Shown here in pieces: positions 28,601 to 38,629 of a DNA stretch of 64,000 nt (its first letter is position 1; the number at the start of each line of letters is the position of its first letter). A program made the translations under genes and the position numbers. The stretch is from contig CAWKOR010000002.1 in assembly GCA_963851325.1 (NCBI GenBank), positions 709,859 to 773,858 of the forward strand, read 5' to 3'. The notes under the pieces are model-generated. The model was not told the DNA's origin. It worked only from the letters and a program-made list of their open reading frames with translations, and made no database searches. The DNA is from an uncultured delta proteobacterium. GTDB lineage: Bacteria; Desulfobacterota; Binatia; Binatales; Binataceae.

Positions 28601-28824
28601 GCTCGGAGTCGCGCCGTCCGTTGGGGGTCGCGGTGGTCGGTGGCCTGGCCTTCTCGCAGTTCCTAACCCTCTACATCACGCCCGTAGTTTACACCTACAT
28701 GGAAAGCTTCCAGCATCGGCTCGTTTCGTGGCGCAAGGCACATCATCTGGTATTGCCCGGCGAGGCAGCCTCTATAGAAGCCACCTCGAACCCGGACCAG
28801 GAACGTCGGCGCGCCGCCTCCTAG
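25666..28824 (+). CDS. RND efflux permease (MdtB/MdtC-like)
   Basis: FIRRPVMT, GFVVDDAIV, KKNAIMMIDF, RFRPIMMTT; 1052 aa. Confidence 0.95.
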   Translation: MNIAEVFIRRPVMTTLISLAIVLFGLMAYRYLPVNDLPNVDFPTIVVNAGLPGASPETMASSVATPLEKQFSTIAGLSSMSSTNIQGSSNITLQFDLSRNLDAAAQDVQAAIVATQSQLPLGMPSPPSYKKVNPADQPVLYLSLGSTQMPISKVDEYAEDYLGERISMVSGVAQVQIYGAAKYAVRIQVDPKALASRGIGIDEVAQAVAAGNVNMPTGILYGAHQQFTVQARGQLVDAAAYRPLIVTYRNGSPVRLSDVGRVIDSVENDKTAGWTNGLPSVVLAIQRQPGVNTVEVVDNVLRLLPSFQAEMPAGLTIGKLGDRATTIRASVNDVQFTLLLTVFLVVMVIFLFLRNLSATIIPSLALPMSILGTFAVMWVLNYTLDNLSLMAITLAVGFVVDDAIVMLENIVRHMEMGKGVLEASLEGSREIGFTIMSMTFSLAAVFIPVLFMAGLLGRLLHEFAITIGAAILVSGVVSLTLTPMLCSRFLRPPKSERHGHLYAVTERFFDGLLDRYQRSLTWVMHHRRAVIVLSGVMLLATGWMFYAIPKGFIPSEDNNNLIMFTLAQQGISFESMKKHQLELAAMVRKEPAIQDFFASIGPGGPGGASNSGILFCHLKPRSQRKLSVDQLIDKWRPLANTIPGLNVFLQNPPPIRLGAQFTRSMYQFTIQSPNTGDLYRYAPILEAKMRELKDLRGVNSDLQISNPQVNVEIDRDKARSLGVSAQAIEDALYDAYGSRQISTIYAPNDEYKVEMEVEPQYQDDPSTLSLLYVRSQTGPLVPLSTVVKFTRGVGPLAINHSGQLPAVTISFDLAPGVSLAKGLDEVQKLARETLPASFTTSYQGTAQAFEDSLSGLGMLLLMTILIIYLVLGILYESFIHPITILSGLPSAGFGALVTLWLVGMQLDLFAFVGVIMLVGLVKKNAIMMIDFALDAQRTEGKTPAEAIFEGAIIRFRPIMMTTMAALMGVLPIALGVGAGSESRRPLGVAVVGGLAFSQFLTLYITPVVYTYMESFQHRLVSWRKAHHLVLPGEAASIEATSNPDQERRRAAS

Positions 28825-28939
28825 ACCCGAGACCTGGAATCAAATGGATACTGTCGCGGCGTCGAAATAATACAAAAAGTAGCATAATGATGCTTTAGCC
28901 TATTGCTCCGTCTGACTGCACCAGTCAGACTCTCCACTG

Positions 28940-30976
28940 ATGCGGGAGTCTGCGCTGACTCGCTGGATAACGCCGGGTATTACCAGGAAATTTGTGTATC
29001 TGAATTTCCTGCTCTTCATTTTGGCGGTCACCCTCACCATTCTCACCATGTTCACGGTTACGATTATCTCCGGCGTGCGTGCTTATGTCGCCGGCGAGGG
29101 ACTCTACGCGAAGTATCAAAAGGACGCGGTCTTCTATTTACGTCGCTACGTGCAGGCCGCCAACGAGCTCGATTACCAGCGCTTCTCCGACGCGATTTTG
29201 GTTCCGCTCGGAGATGGCAACGCGCGCCGCGCATTGGACAAGCCCTCACCCGATCGCGACAACGCCGCGAGATTTTTCCGCGATGGGCAAAACTCTCCCG
29301 CCGACGCACCCTCGATGGTCAAGCTTTTTCTGCGCTTTCGGCACCTGAGTTTCATGGCTGCGGCGATTCATATTTGGAAGGACGCCGATGCACTGACCGA
29401 CCAGCTGGCAGACCTCGGCCGCAAGGCGCATGAGCAAGTCGCCACCGGGCGGCTTTCCGCAGAGGAACGCGCCGACCTGATCCGTCGTATCGATGATCTG
29501 AACGAGCGCCTCATCGTATTGGAGAACAACTTCTCGCAGACCCTGGGCGAGGGCTCGCGCTGGATATCCGGAATCGTCTTCAAGGCGCTGCTGCTCGCCG
29601 ATCTGGTTCTGCTGGTGGTCGGGTTCGTGGCTTCCACAATTCTCGGGAGATCGGTGGTCAAGGAGATCGATGGGATCTCTTCGGCGGTCGGCAGGATTGC
29701 GCAGGGCGACCTCTCGAGTCGATGCGCGGTGGAGGGCGGGAGCGACGAGTTCGTCCGGCTGGCCGCGGGGGTCAATCAGATGGCCTCCAGCATCGAGCAC
29801 GCACAGCGCGAATTGAAGCACGCGCGCGACAACGCCTTGCAGGCCTCGCGGGTCAAGTCGGAGTTCCTCGCCAACATGAGCCATGAGATCCGCACTCCGC
29901 TCAATGTCGTGCTCGGATACACCGACGTGCTGGCGGACGAGGTTGACGCGCAGGAAAACGAAGACATGAAGGAGCACCTCGACGCGATCCGACGCGCTGG
30001 GCGGCGCCTCAATCGAACCATCCAGGGAATTCTCGATTTCTCGAAAATCGAGGCACGCGCGTTCGAATTGCGTCCGCAAACCGTCAAGCTCGCGACCATG
30101 CTGGAGCGTCATGTGGACGACATCAGGATTCTCGCCGAGCAGAAGAATCTCAGACTCCGATGCGTCATTGACGAGCTCAAAGCGACGGTGCTGTTCGACG
30201 AATATTGCCTATCCGGCGCGCTGACCAACCTTCTTCAAAATGCCATCAAGTTCACCGAGGAGGGCTTGGTGACGGCGAAGCTGTATCGCGGATCCGATCG
30301 CGCCCTGAAGCTCTCGGTTACCGACACCGGCATCGGCATCGAGCCCGCGTATCTGGCGCGCATTTTCGAGCCGTTCTCGCAGGAGGAATCCGGCTATACC
30401 CGCCGCTTCGAGGGCAACGGCCTCGGCCTCGCGCTGACGCGAAGCTATCTGCATCTCAATAGCGCGACGATTTCCGTGCAGAGTCAGAAGGGGCAGGGCT
30501 CGACCTTCACGATCACTTTCTCACCGGAGTCGGAGCTCAGGCTGACTGCCCCGGATCCATCAGACCCCAAGCCGACCAACGGAACGGCCACTTCGCCGAC
30601 CGGGCGGCGCCCTTGCATCCTGGTGGTGGAGGACGATCCTGACAATCAGATTTTAATTCGAACCATCCTCAAGAAAAGTTATGACGTCCGCCTGGCCTCT
30701 TCAGCCGACGAAGCGCGACGCGAACTCGAGGCACCGGACCATCAAATCGAACTGATACTGATGGACTGGTCGCTCAAGGGCGAGGAGGACGGCGTGACGC
30801 TCACCCGCAATCTGCGCCTGGACGAGCGTTATCGGAAAACCCCGGTGGTCGCGCTCACCGCACACGCATCACCCGAGGATCGCAAGCTCGCGAAGGCCAC
30901 CGGCTTCGATGCATTTCTGGGCAAACCGGTCGATCGCGACGAACTGTTCCGCACCCTCGATTTGCTGGTGCACTGA
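28940..30976 (+). CDS. Hybrid sensor histidine kinase (periplasmic sensor, HAMP, HisKA, HATPase, receiver)
   Basis: SHEIRTPLN, QNAIKFT, GNGLGL, C-terminal REC. Confidence 0.92.
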   Translation: MRESALTRWITPGITRKFVYLNFLLFILAVTLTILTMFTVTIISGVRAYVAGEGLYAKYQKDAVFYLRRYVQAANELDYQRFSDAILVPLGDGNARRALDKPSPDRDNAARFFRDGQNSPADAPSMVKLFLRFRHLSFMAAAIHIWKDADALTDQLADLGRKAHEQVATGRLSAEERADLIRRIDDLNERLIVLENNFSQTLGEGSRWISGIVFKALLLADLVLLVVGFVASTILGRSVVKEIDGISSAVGRIAQGDLSSRCAVEGGSDEFVRLAAGVNQMASSIEHAQRELKHARDNALQASRVKSEFLANMSHEIRTPLNVVLGYTDVLADEVDAQENEDMKEHLDAIRRAGRRLNRTIQGILDFSKIEARAFELRPQTVKLATMLERHVDDIRILAEQKNLRLRCVIDELKATVLFDEYCLSGALTNLLQNAIKFTEEGLVTAKLYRGSDRALKLSVTDTGIGIEPAYLARIFEPFSQEESGYTRRFEGNGLGLALTRSYLHLNSATISVQSQKGQGSTFTITFSPESELRLTAPDPSDPKPTNGTATSPTGRRPCILVVEDDPDNQILIRTILKKSYDVRLASSADEARRELEAPDHQIELILMDWSLKGEEDGVTLTRNLRLDERYRKTPVVALTAHASPEDRKLAKATGFDAFLGKPVDRDELFRTLDLLVH

Positions 30977-31023
30977 TCCGGGCAGCCGAGTTCGCGACGC
31001 TATTTTGGTCCGCGATTCTCGAT

Positions 31024-32139
31024 TTAATCCAATTTGTAAAAACGGATCGCGTTGTCGGTCAGGATGTTTTGCTGCGTGGTCGCAGGAAGTTTGCTGATCG
31101 CGCCGCGTACTTCCTTGAGCACACCTGGGTAAATGCAGTCGAAATGCGGATAGTCCGAACCCCATAGGACATTGCGCTCGACTCCCAACCCAACCATCGC
31201 GGCCAGCGTGCTCTCGTCGGGATCCATCGTGAGATAGCACTGCTCGATGAAGTATTCGCGGGGACGCTTTTTGAGCCACGGCACGTAGGTTCCCATCTTT
31301 TCGAAGTGACCGTCCATGCGATCGAGCCAGTAGCCGAGCCATCCGATACCTGATTCCAGAAACGCGACCTTAAGGCCTGGAAACTTCGCCAGCACACCTC
31401 CGCAGATCACATCCATGCAGGCAGCCTGCTGTTCAAACGGATGACACACCATGTGGAAGAAAAACGGATCGCGATAACGGTCCGCACCCATCGTCGGCAT
31501 CTTGGTGCCGAAGCTTCCGTGCACCGCGACCGGAATATCCAGTTCCTGCGCCTCACGCCAGAACGGATCGTATGCGGGATCGTTCAGCCGTCGTCCGTTG
31601 AACGGATTGGGCCGGATGAAAACCGCCTTGAAATTCAGTTCCTTAACCACGCGGCGCATCTCGCGAATCGATTCGTCGACGCTCTGGAGCGGCATCGGCG
31701 CGACGCCATACAGACGCTTGGGCGAGGCCTTGCAGAAATCCGCCAGCCAGTTGCTGTATGCGCGGCATGCCGCGGCCGCCAGAAGTGGATCATCGATATC
31801 GCCGTACAGCAGCATCAGCGACGGATACATCACCGCCACATCGATGCCCTCTTCATCCATCACCTTGAGGCGATGGCGCGGATCATAGCTGCCGGGCAGG
31901 ACGTCGTCCCAGGTGAGTTTGCGTGCGCGTGCGAGATCCTCGAGGCCGCCGGGAACCATCGAGGCCGTGATCGGAAGCGACGGACGGCTGCGATTTTCGC
32001 CGGCAATCCAGAGTTCATCCATCCCGTCGCGATTGCGTCGGACCTGGATCATCTGTTCACGAAACGCAGGCTCCGTGTATTCCTCCCACACGCTGCGAGG
32101 TTCGACGATGTGGCCGTCGGAATCGATTATCTGCGCCAT
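31024..32139 (-). CDS. Amidohydrolase_2 family protein
   Basis: IIDSDGHIVEP, FLESGIGW, WGSDYPHFD. Confidence 0.92.
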   Translation of the reverse strand: MAQIIDSDGHIVEPRSVWEEYTEPAFREQMIQVRRNRDGMDELWIAGENRSRPSLPITASMVPGGLEDLARARKLTWDDVLPGSYDPRHRLKVMDEEGIDVAVMYPSLMLLYGDIDDPLLAAAACRAYSNWLADFCKASPKRLYGVAPMPLQSVDESIREMRRVVKELNFKAVFIRPNPFNGRRLNDPAYDPFWREAQELDIPVAVHGSFGTKMPTMGADRYRDPFFFHMVCHPFEQQAACMDVICGGVLAKFPGLKVAFLESGIGWLGYWLDRMDGHFEKMGTYVPWLKKRPREYFIEQCYLTMDPDESTLAAMVGLGVERNVLWGSDYPHFDCIYPGVLKEVRGAISKLPATTQQNILTDNAIRFYKLD

Positions 32140-32235
32140 GGCATCCTCCGCTGATATCGGAGTCAATGTCGATAGGCTTCCGAAAGTCAAGCTCACCGAT
32201 GCCCGGTCCCACGCGGAGGAACGAGCCGGGGCTGC

Positions 32236-33870
32236 TCACGATCCGAAGACTGAACCCAGGTACTCGTCCAGCGCGCTCGCAGTCGCAGGCTCGCTTCGGT
32301 AGCCCACGTAGCCGTCAGGCCGAATCAGGTAAAGACTCTCTTTGTCGATGCCGTAGCGATCGTGGAGCACGCATTGCGGATCCCCGATCAGTTCGCCCTT
32401 CAGATCGAGACCAGGCGGAATCGCATCGGCACCCTCGGCGATGAACCATACCTTGAACAATCGGCGCCAGCGGTCGTGTATAGATCGCGAAAGCTCCGCC
32501 ATCCTGCGCCACGATGCTGCCTCATGATATGCGCCGGGGAACAGCAGCAGCGCATGTTGCGGTCCCCTAAGCAGATCGAAGAGCGTGGTGGTGCGCCGGC
32601 CATGGAGGAGCGGCTTCGCATCGAGCGCCTGCGTGCCGGCACGCGGTCCTTGTGCGAAGCGGCGTGCGCCGGTGTGATGCTCGCGGCAGATGGGGCTTTT
32701 CGAGTAGTCGAGATCGAGCTGTTCCTGATGCAGCTTGAGCTGCCTGGCCACCTCCGGCGGCACCGTCAGATTGAAATAAAGCTTTTGCCGCTGCTCGTCA
32801 GAAAGATCGCGAAAAGCTTCGGCTTGGTCGGTGCGCATTTTGCTGAATTTGATCACGTCTTCCCCGACCGGACGCCGTTCCTTTTCATAGCTATCGAGCA
32901 GGCGCTCGGATGCGTGACCGTGGTGGACCAGCGCCAGCTTCCACGCCAGGTTGTACGCATCGTGAATGCCCGTATTCATCCCAAGGCCCGCGAACGGACT
33001 GTGAATGTGAGCCGCATCACCGGCCAGAAAGACCCTGCCGTGGCGGTAGTGGCGCGCGCTCCGATTGTTGACCCGATAGTATCCGAGCCACTGCTCGTCG
33101 ATGAGCTGTATTTTCAGGTGTGTTCGCGCGTCCACCATAGCCTGCACTTCTGCCAAGCTGGGTTTCTCGGTTGCCGAATCATGCAGCGAATCGACGTCGC
33201 CCCCGATAAGCCATCGATCTTCCGGAAGCGGGATCAGAAACAGCACCCCAGCATCGCTGACGAACAAGTTGAGTTCGTCGTGGGCGAGCGAGCTGTCCAG
33301 GCGCACATGGCCAATGAAGAACTGATGGGGGTCTTCGGTGCCGGGAAAATGCAGCCGGTTGAGATGTCGGACTCTGCTATGCGCGCCATCGCATCCGACC
33401 AGCCACGGAGTTCTGACTATCTCCTCGCTTCCGTCCGGACGCCTTATCGTCGCGACAACATGGTCCCCCTCTTCGATGAAGGTCAACAGCTCGGTTTCGC
33501 GTTCCACTTTGACACCTAAACCGTTCAAGAGGTGTTCCAGTTCTTGCTCGGTTTTGCACTGCTCGATACTGATGCTGAAGGGAAACGGGCTTTCGATGTC
33601 GTCGGTGCTGGAGTGCAGAATGCGAGTGCCGTTGGCGTACTGGCTCATTCCGCGCGTTCGTACCCCTCGTTCGACGATGGCTGCGACGATTCCGAGATCG
33701 TCGAAGATTTCGAGGGTGCGCACGTGGAGCGAAGTTGCGCGGCAATGAGGGTCGATTGCGGCGCGCTTTTCGATGATACGCACAGGAGTTCCATGACGAG
33801 CGAGTACACAAGCCATAGCCAGACCCGTCGTGCAGCCGCCCACGATCAGAATCGGCGAATTTGATGCCAT
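32236..33870 (-). CDS. FAD-dependent monooxygenase (aromatic hydroxylase family)
   Basis: VGCDGAHS, LAGDAAHIHSP, GMNTGIHDAYNLAWKL, LIRPDGYV. Confidence 0.92.
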   Translation of the reverse strand: MASNSPILIVGGCTTGLAMACVLARHGTPVRIIEKRAAIDPHCRATSLHVRTLEIFDDLGIVAAIVERGVRTRGMSQYANGTRILHSSTDDIESPFPFSISIEQCKTEQELEHLLNGLGVKVERETELLTFIEEGDHVVATIRRPDGSEEIVRTPWLVGCDGAHSRVRHLNRLHFPGTEDPHQFFIGHVRLDSSLAHDELNLFVSDAGVLFLIPLPEDRWLIGGDVDSLHDSATEKPSLAEVQAMVDARTHLKIQLIDEQWLGYYRVNNRSARHYRHGRVFLAGDAAHIHSPFAGLGMNTGIHDAYNLAWKLALVHHGHASERLLDSYEKERRPVGEDVIKFSKMRTDQAEAFRDLSDEQRQKLYFNLTVPPEVARQLKLHQEQLDLDYSKSPICREHHTGARRFAQGPRAGTQALDAKPLLHGRRTTTLFDLLRGPQHALLLFPGAYHEAASWRRMAELSRSIHDRWRRLFKVWFIAEGADAIPPGLDLKGELIGDPQCVLHDRYGIDKESLYLIRPDGYVGYRSEPATASALDEYLGSVFGS

Positions 33871-33946
33871 GCTTCCCCCAACTTGAGACGAAACGATTAC
33901 TTAGCAGGTAATCGACGCGCGTGATGCTCAACACTATTTTCGTTAC

Positions 33947-34249
33947 ATGGAAAGTTTGCGCAATAGCAAGGCAGTCGTGAAGTGGCAGTCTGGACGGAGC
34001 AAAATTGGTTTCACGCCCGACGAGATTGATCCCGACGCTGTGAAGATCCTCAACGATGCGGGTTTCGTGTGGGATTCCCACACGCTCGGCTTCCGGAGGA
34101 GCACGGGCGGCCGTCCGGCCGAAGCGTTCTCGACCGTCGATCTCCGCTTCATGCGCGATCAGAAGCTCGTGGTGCCCAGTCCTTTGAGCAAGACCGAGCG
34201 CACCGGACAGTTGCAGCGGCTGCGGATTCTTATCCAGAGTATGGACTAG
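33947..34249 (+). CDS. Hypothetical protein (100 aa)
   Basis: Fills the gap between genes with coding-like codon use; no family recognised. Confidence 0.6.
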   Translation: MESLRNSKAVVKWQSGRSKIGFTPDEIDPDAVKILNDAGFVWDSHTLGFRRSTGGRPAEAFSTVDLRFMRDQKLVVPSPLSKTERTGQLQRLRILIQSMD

Positions 34250-34259
34250 GCTGAGACGG

Positions 34260-34511
34260 CTATACGATCTCGCCAATCACGTCGCCGACCACGCGGAACG
34301 GAAACGCGATCACTGTCCAAACGAAGTGACCGGTCGCGCCCAGCAGGCTGTCGTGATCATCGTCAGAAGTGGTGGTAGTCGTCGTCGATGATGCGTTGTC
34401 CGGATAGGTTCGGGTGGTAGTTGTCTCGGTGTGCTGCGAGGAGCATCCGGGCATGATGGGAACTGCCAAAGCGAACACTGCGACCAGGAGTAGGAGCTTG
34501 AGGTGACGCAT
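34260..34511 (-). CDS. Small Thr-rich lipoprotein
   Basis: RBS AAGGAG, signal peptide with MPGC lipobox, C-terminal VIAFPFRVV helix. Confidence 0.75.
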   Translation of the reverse strand: MRHLKLLLLVAVFALAVPIMPGCSSQHTETTTTRTYPDNASSTTTTTTSDDDHDSLLGATGHFVWTVIAFPFRVVGDVIGEIV

Positions 34512-34774
34512 GATGAGGACTCCTTTAGTAGTTACAAGTTTAGACGAAACTGGTGAGCTGATAAATTGGCTAAAGGTACCGGATCACGCAAAATGAGGCT
34601 GCGCGCCGGTTTTCATGCGACGCGCCGAATCCATCCGGCGAACAAACCCGGGCCATCTACCAATCCCGTGCGTCATTGCAGAGTCGCGACGGTCTTGCGA
34701 TCATTCCATTTGGGCCTCATTCACACCCGCTGTCGGGTGCGCGCTTAACTAACAAACTTGCGGCCCGCATCATT

Positions 34775-36145
34775 TTGGAAAAGCGCATTCTGGTTGTAGA
34801 AGACGATCGCACCACTCGCGACGCATGGTCCGAGCTCATCGCGGCGTGGGGCTACAAAGTCAAAACCGCGGAAAATGGCGAAATCGCCCTGGCCGAAGTC
34901 GGCGCCTACGATCCGCATATCCTCCTGCTCGACCTGAACATCCCGAAGAAGAACGGCCTGGCAGTCTTGCAGGAACTCAACGAACGCGGCTTGCGCATCC
35001 CTACCATCGTAATCTCCGGACAGGCCGAGATCTCCGACGTCGTGAAGACCATCAAGCTGGGCGCCTATGACTATTTGCGCAAGCCGGTCGACACCGCGCA
35101 TCTCAAGGTGATGCTCAACAACCTCGCCGCCCACATCACGGTTGCCGAAGAAAACGAGCGCCTGCGGCGCCGACTGATGGAGGCCGGCAAGCTCGGTCCG
35201 ATGATCGGTCAGTCGCGCGCGATGCAACAAGTAATGGTGCAGGTAAAACAGGTCGCACCAACTTCGGCCTCGGTCCTGATTCGGGGCGAAAGCGGTACCG
35301 GCAAGGAAATAGTCGCGCGCACCATCCATGAGCTTTCACAACGCGCGCAGGGGCCTTACGTCGCGATCAACTGCGCCGCACTGCCCGAGAACCTGATGGA
35401 GAGCGAGCTGTTTGGGCATGAGCGGGGCGCTTTCACCGGCGCCGACCGCCGTCGCGAGGGATGCTTCGAGCTGGCCAACGGCGGCACCCTGCTGCTCGAT
35501 GAAATCGCCGAGATGAAGGTGGAATTGCAGGCGAAGTTGCTGCGCGTGCTCGAGGAGGGAACCCTCCGGCGAGTCGGCGGCACCGTCGATGTGCCATTGG
35601 ATGTTCGGGTGCTGGCTGCCACCAATCGCAACGTAGAACAATCGCTCGGAGATGGCCGCTTTCGCGAGGACCTTTACTATCGTCTTAACGTGTTCTCACT
35701 TGAACTGCCCACGCTGGATCGACGGCGCGACGACATCCCGATGCTGGTCGATCATTTCATCCGGGAGCTGGGCTCGCAGATTCGCAACGACATCGTGGGC
35801 GCCGATAACGATTGCCTGCAGGCACTCAAGGAGCGGCGGTGGCCGGGGAATATCCGCCAGTTGCGCAACGTTGTCGAGCGCGCTTTGGTAGTGAGTCGCG
35901 GGCCGCTGCTGGGCGTGGGAGATTTGCCGCCCGAGTCGCCGGCGGGGGCCGAAGCGGCGCCTTCGTTCGAAGTTCCCCTCGGCAGCAGCATCGAGCGAGT
36001 CGAAAAAGATCTCATTCTGCGCACCATCGATCTCACCGATGGGAACAAGGCGCGCGCGGCCGAAATTTTGGGAATCAGCCTCAAAACCTTGTACAACCGC
36101 CTCGAGCGGTATCAGTCAGAAATGCGATCGGCTAAGCTTGGATAG
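34775..36145 (+). CDS. Sigma54-dependent NtrC-family response regulator
   Basis: REC domain, GESGTGKE, GAFTGA, FREDLYYRL, WPGNIRQL, Fis HTH; TTG start is inferred. Confidence 0.93.
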   Translation: MEKRILVVEDDRTTRDAWSELIAAWGYKVKTAENGEIALAEVGAYDPHILLLDLNIPKKNGLAVLQELNERGLRIPTIVISGQAEISDVVKTIKLGAYDYLRKPVDTAHLKVMLNNLAAHITVAEENERLRRRLMEAGKLGPMIGQSRAMQQVMVQVKQVAPTSASVLIRGESGTGKEIVARTIHELSQRAQGPYVAINCAALPENLMESELFGHERGAFTGADRRREGCFELANGGTLLLDEIAEMKVELQAKLLRVLEEGTLRRVGGTVDVPLDVRVLAATNRNVEQSLGDGRFREDLYYRLNVFSLELPTLDRRRDDIPMLVDHFIRELGSQIRNDIVGADNDCLQALKERRWPGNIRQLRNVVERALVVSRGPLLGVGDLPPESPAGAEAAPSFEVPLGSSIERVEKDLILRTIDLTDGNKARAAEILGISLKTLYNRLERYQSEMRSAKLG

Positions 36146-36200
36146 CGTCAAAATCAGCCCCAGGAAGCGCGTAATAACGACTTTCGCACGGACTTTCTTG

Positions 36201-38030
36201 ATGGGTTTTCGCGTCAAGCTGGCTCTGGTGTTCGCTTCTCTGCTGATCGTGGCCGTAACCGCCATCAGTGCGCTCGAGTTCGAGCGTACCACCCACATGA
36301 TGGTGTCCAATCTGAGCGATACCGGCGTTGCCCTAGCCAACCAGATCTTCGAACAGATGCGTGTCGCGCTTTCGCAGCATCAGGGCGACGCGTTTGCAAA
36401 GTTGCACGATGACCCGGCGATAGCGTCGTCGCTCAGATCCGCGCAAGCCTTCACCAAGGGTGTGGTGTACGCGCGGATCGAGTGGGTCGACGGCTCTTTG
36501 ATCGCGGGGACTCCGCTCGACTCTCCAGCCGCGTCGATTCCGGTCCGTCCGTTCGAGGAGTTGTCAGGTCAGGTCGGCGGATGGTTCGCGGCGGGGCAGT
36601 TGCGCTCGCTGTTCGGCGACCGCATCTACGAAATCAGCCGCCCGGTGGAGCTGGATGGCCGGCCATTTGCCGTCATCAAGGTGGGACTCTCGACCGCGCT
36701 CATCGAGCGCGAGGTGCGCGGGACGCTGCACGGTATCGTGACGGTGGCGATCGTGGGCGTGATCCTCGCACTGGCGGGTGGCGCGATCGCCGGGGCGTTC
36801 TTTTTGCGGCCGGTGGCCGCTATCGCCAGTGGGGTAGAGGACTTAACCAGCGGGCGCGGAGATTTTCGGGTAAGCGTCGCAGCGCACGACGAGTTCGGCA
36901 CGCTGGCGGAAAAGTTCAATCAACTGTCGCGGCGAATAAAGAACGACCGCGCGCAGTGGGAAACCGAGCGCGGCCAGTTTTTCAATATCTTCAGGTCGAT
37001 CACGGATGCCCTGTTGCTCCTCGATGCCCGCGGCCATGTGCTTTTCGCCAATGGCGAGGCGCAGGGAAAACTGGGATTGCCCGCGGGCGGCCTTGCTGAT
37101 GGGCGACCGCTGAATATGTTGCTGGGAAGGGAGCATCCGCTCAATCGGATGATCGAAAGCGCCTACACTGTCGGCAGCGAGGTGCGCGATGTCGCGATCG
37201 AGCTGGGGCGCGGCGCCTCTGCGATGCGGGTGCTGGTATCGATATTCTCCCTGGGCCAGGGACCCGAGCCGCCTGGACTGCTGGTCATCGTGCGCGATCT
37301 CGATCCAGTTCAGGAACTAGAAAATGTGGTCAATTATTCGGGCCGGCTCGCGCGCCTCGGCGGCCTGATCTCGGGTGTCGCCCATCAGATACGAAATCCA
37401 CTCAATGCGATGAATCTTCAACTCGAGCTGCTTAACGAGGAAGCCTCGCAGGGCAAACCGGTGGAAGCGCGCGTGATGAAGGTGCGCAACGAGATCATCC
37501 GCCTCGATGAAGCGATCAGCGCGCTGCTTCGATTCATGCGTCCCGAGCAACTGAAGCTGGCGGAAATCGAACTCGGCGATTTGCTGCATGAGGTGGGGAT
37601 CGAGGTTGAACGGCCTGGTATTACGGTGAAACATACCCTTGATGCGGTCGCTTCGCGCGTCACCGCCGACCGCGCATTACTTGGTGAAGCGTTGCGAAAT
37701 ATCGCCAAGAATGCGGTTGAGGCTATGCCCGAAGGCGGCGAAATCGAGTTCGAAACGCAACTGTCCGATGACGGGTTCGTGGAGGTTTCGATCAAAGATC
37801 ACGGACAAGGAATTACGGCGGAACATCTCAGCCACATCTTCAATTTATATTATACGACCAAGGAAGGCGGCAGCGGTTTGGGTCTCTCACTGGCGTTGCG
37901 GGCGGTTGACCTTCACTACGGCATGATGGAAGTTCAATCCAATCCGGGCGCGGGAACCATCGTCAAGATTAAACTTCCGGCGGGGGACACCCTCGCGCAG
38001 CAATTGCCTTCCGGAACCGCAATTCATTGA
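36201..38030 (+). CDS. Sensor histidine kinase (HAMP, PAS, NtrB-like)
   Basis: AHQIRNPLN, KNAVEAM, GSGLGL. Confidence 0.92.
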   Translation: MGFRVKLALVFASLLIVAVTAISALEFERTTHMMVSNLSDTGVALANQIFEQMRVALSQHQGDAFAKLHDDPAIASSLRSAQAFTKGVVYARIEWVDGSLIAGTPLDSPAASIPVRPFEELSGQVGGWFAAGQLRSLFGDRIYEISRPVELDGRPFAVIKVGLSTALIEREVRGTLHGIVTVAIVGVILALAGGAIAGAFFLRPVAAIASGVEDLTSGRGDFRVSVAAHDEFGTLAEKFNQLSRRIKNDRAQWETERGQFFNIFRSITDALLLLDARGHVLFANGEAQGKLGLPAGGLADGRPLNMLLGREHPLNRMIESAYTVGSEVRDVAIELGRGASAMRVLVSIFSLGQGPEPPGLLVIVRDLDPVQELENVVNYSGRLARLGGLISGVAHQIRNPLNAMNLQLELLNEEASQGKPVEARVMKVRNEIIRLDEAISALLRFMRPEQLKLAEIELGDLLHEVGIEVERPGITVKHTLDAVASRVTADRALLGEALRNIAKNAVEAMPEGGEIEFETQLSDDGFVEVSIKDHGQGITAEHLSHIFNLYYTTKEGGSGLGLSLALRAVDLHYGMMEVQSNPGAGTIVKIKLPAGDTLAQQLPSGTAIH

Positions 38031-38039
38031 GCGACTGTC

Positions 38040-38588
38040 GTGCCACGATCAGCGTCACAAAAAGCCCTCATCATGTTTCTGGCGGTGACGCTCGGCGGAT
38101 GCTCGCCGTTCTATGTCGATTGGGACCGTCGCACCATTCGTACCGCACCGGAGGTCATCTCACCTGCCGCAGCACCGGCACCCATCGCAACCCGTCCCGA
38201 AGCTGTTGCGCCGCAGCGCCAAAACCTGTTGGTGCGTCCTCGCAAACACAAGCCGCGCACCGCTCCTTCCGATACGAAAGAAGTGATCGTCGAACCGGAG
38301 ACTACCCAGGATTCTTTGGCGCCAATGGCGACCCCGACCATTTCGATATCGGAACCCGGCGGCACCAATCGAGCGGCCGAGAAAGAGATCGCTGCCACCA
38401 GCCAACGACTGGCAAGCTTCGACCGAAATCGCCTCAGCGGCCCGTCGCTCGCCACATATGACGCGGCGAACGGGTTACTGAACCAGGGCAAGCAGGCTCT
38501 GGCAGAGAAGGATTACGTCGCGGCTTCGGGGTTCGCGCAGAAGGCTTCGGTTCTCGCCGAAAAGTTGCAGGCAGTGACCGCGCGCTAG
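38040..38588 (+). CDS. Putative lipoprotein associated with the two-component system
   Basis: LGGC lipobox, Pro-rich linker, helical C-terminus. Confidence 0.7.
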   Translation: MPRSASQKALIMFLAVTLGGCSPFYVDWDRRTIRTAPEVISPAAAPAPIATRPEAVAPQRQNLLVRPRKHKPRTAPSDTKEVIVEPETTQDSLAPMATPTISISEPGGTNRAAEKEIAATSQRLASFDRNRLSGPSLATYDAANGLLNQGKQALAEKDYVAASGFAQKASVLAEKLQAVTAR

Positions 38589-38629
38589 TCGTGAATCGAT
38601 GCGAGGCGCGAATCTCCCCGCGGCAGTAT

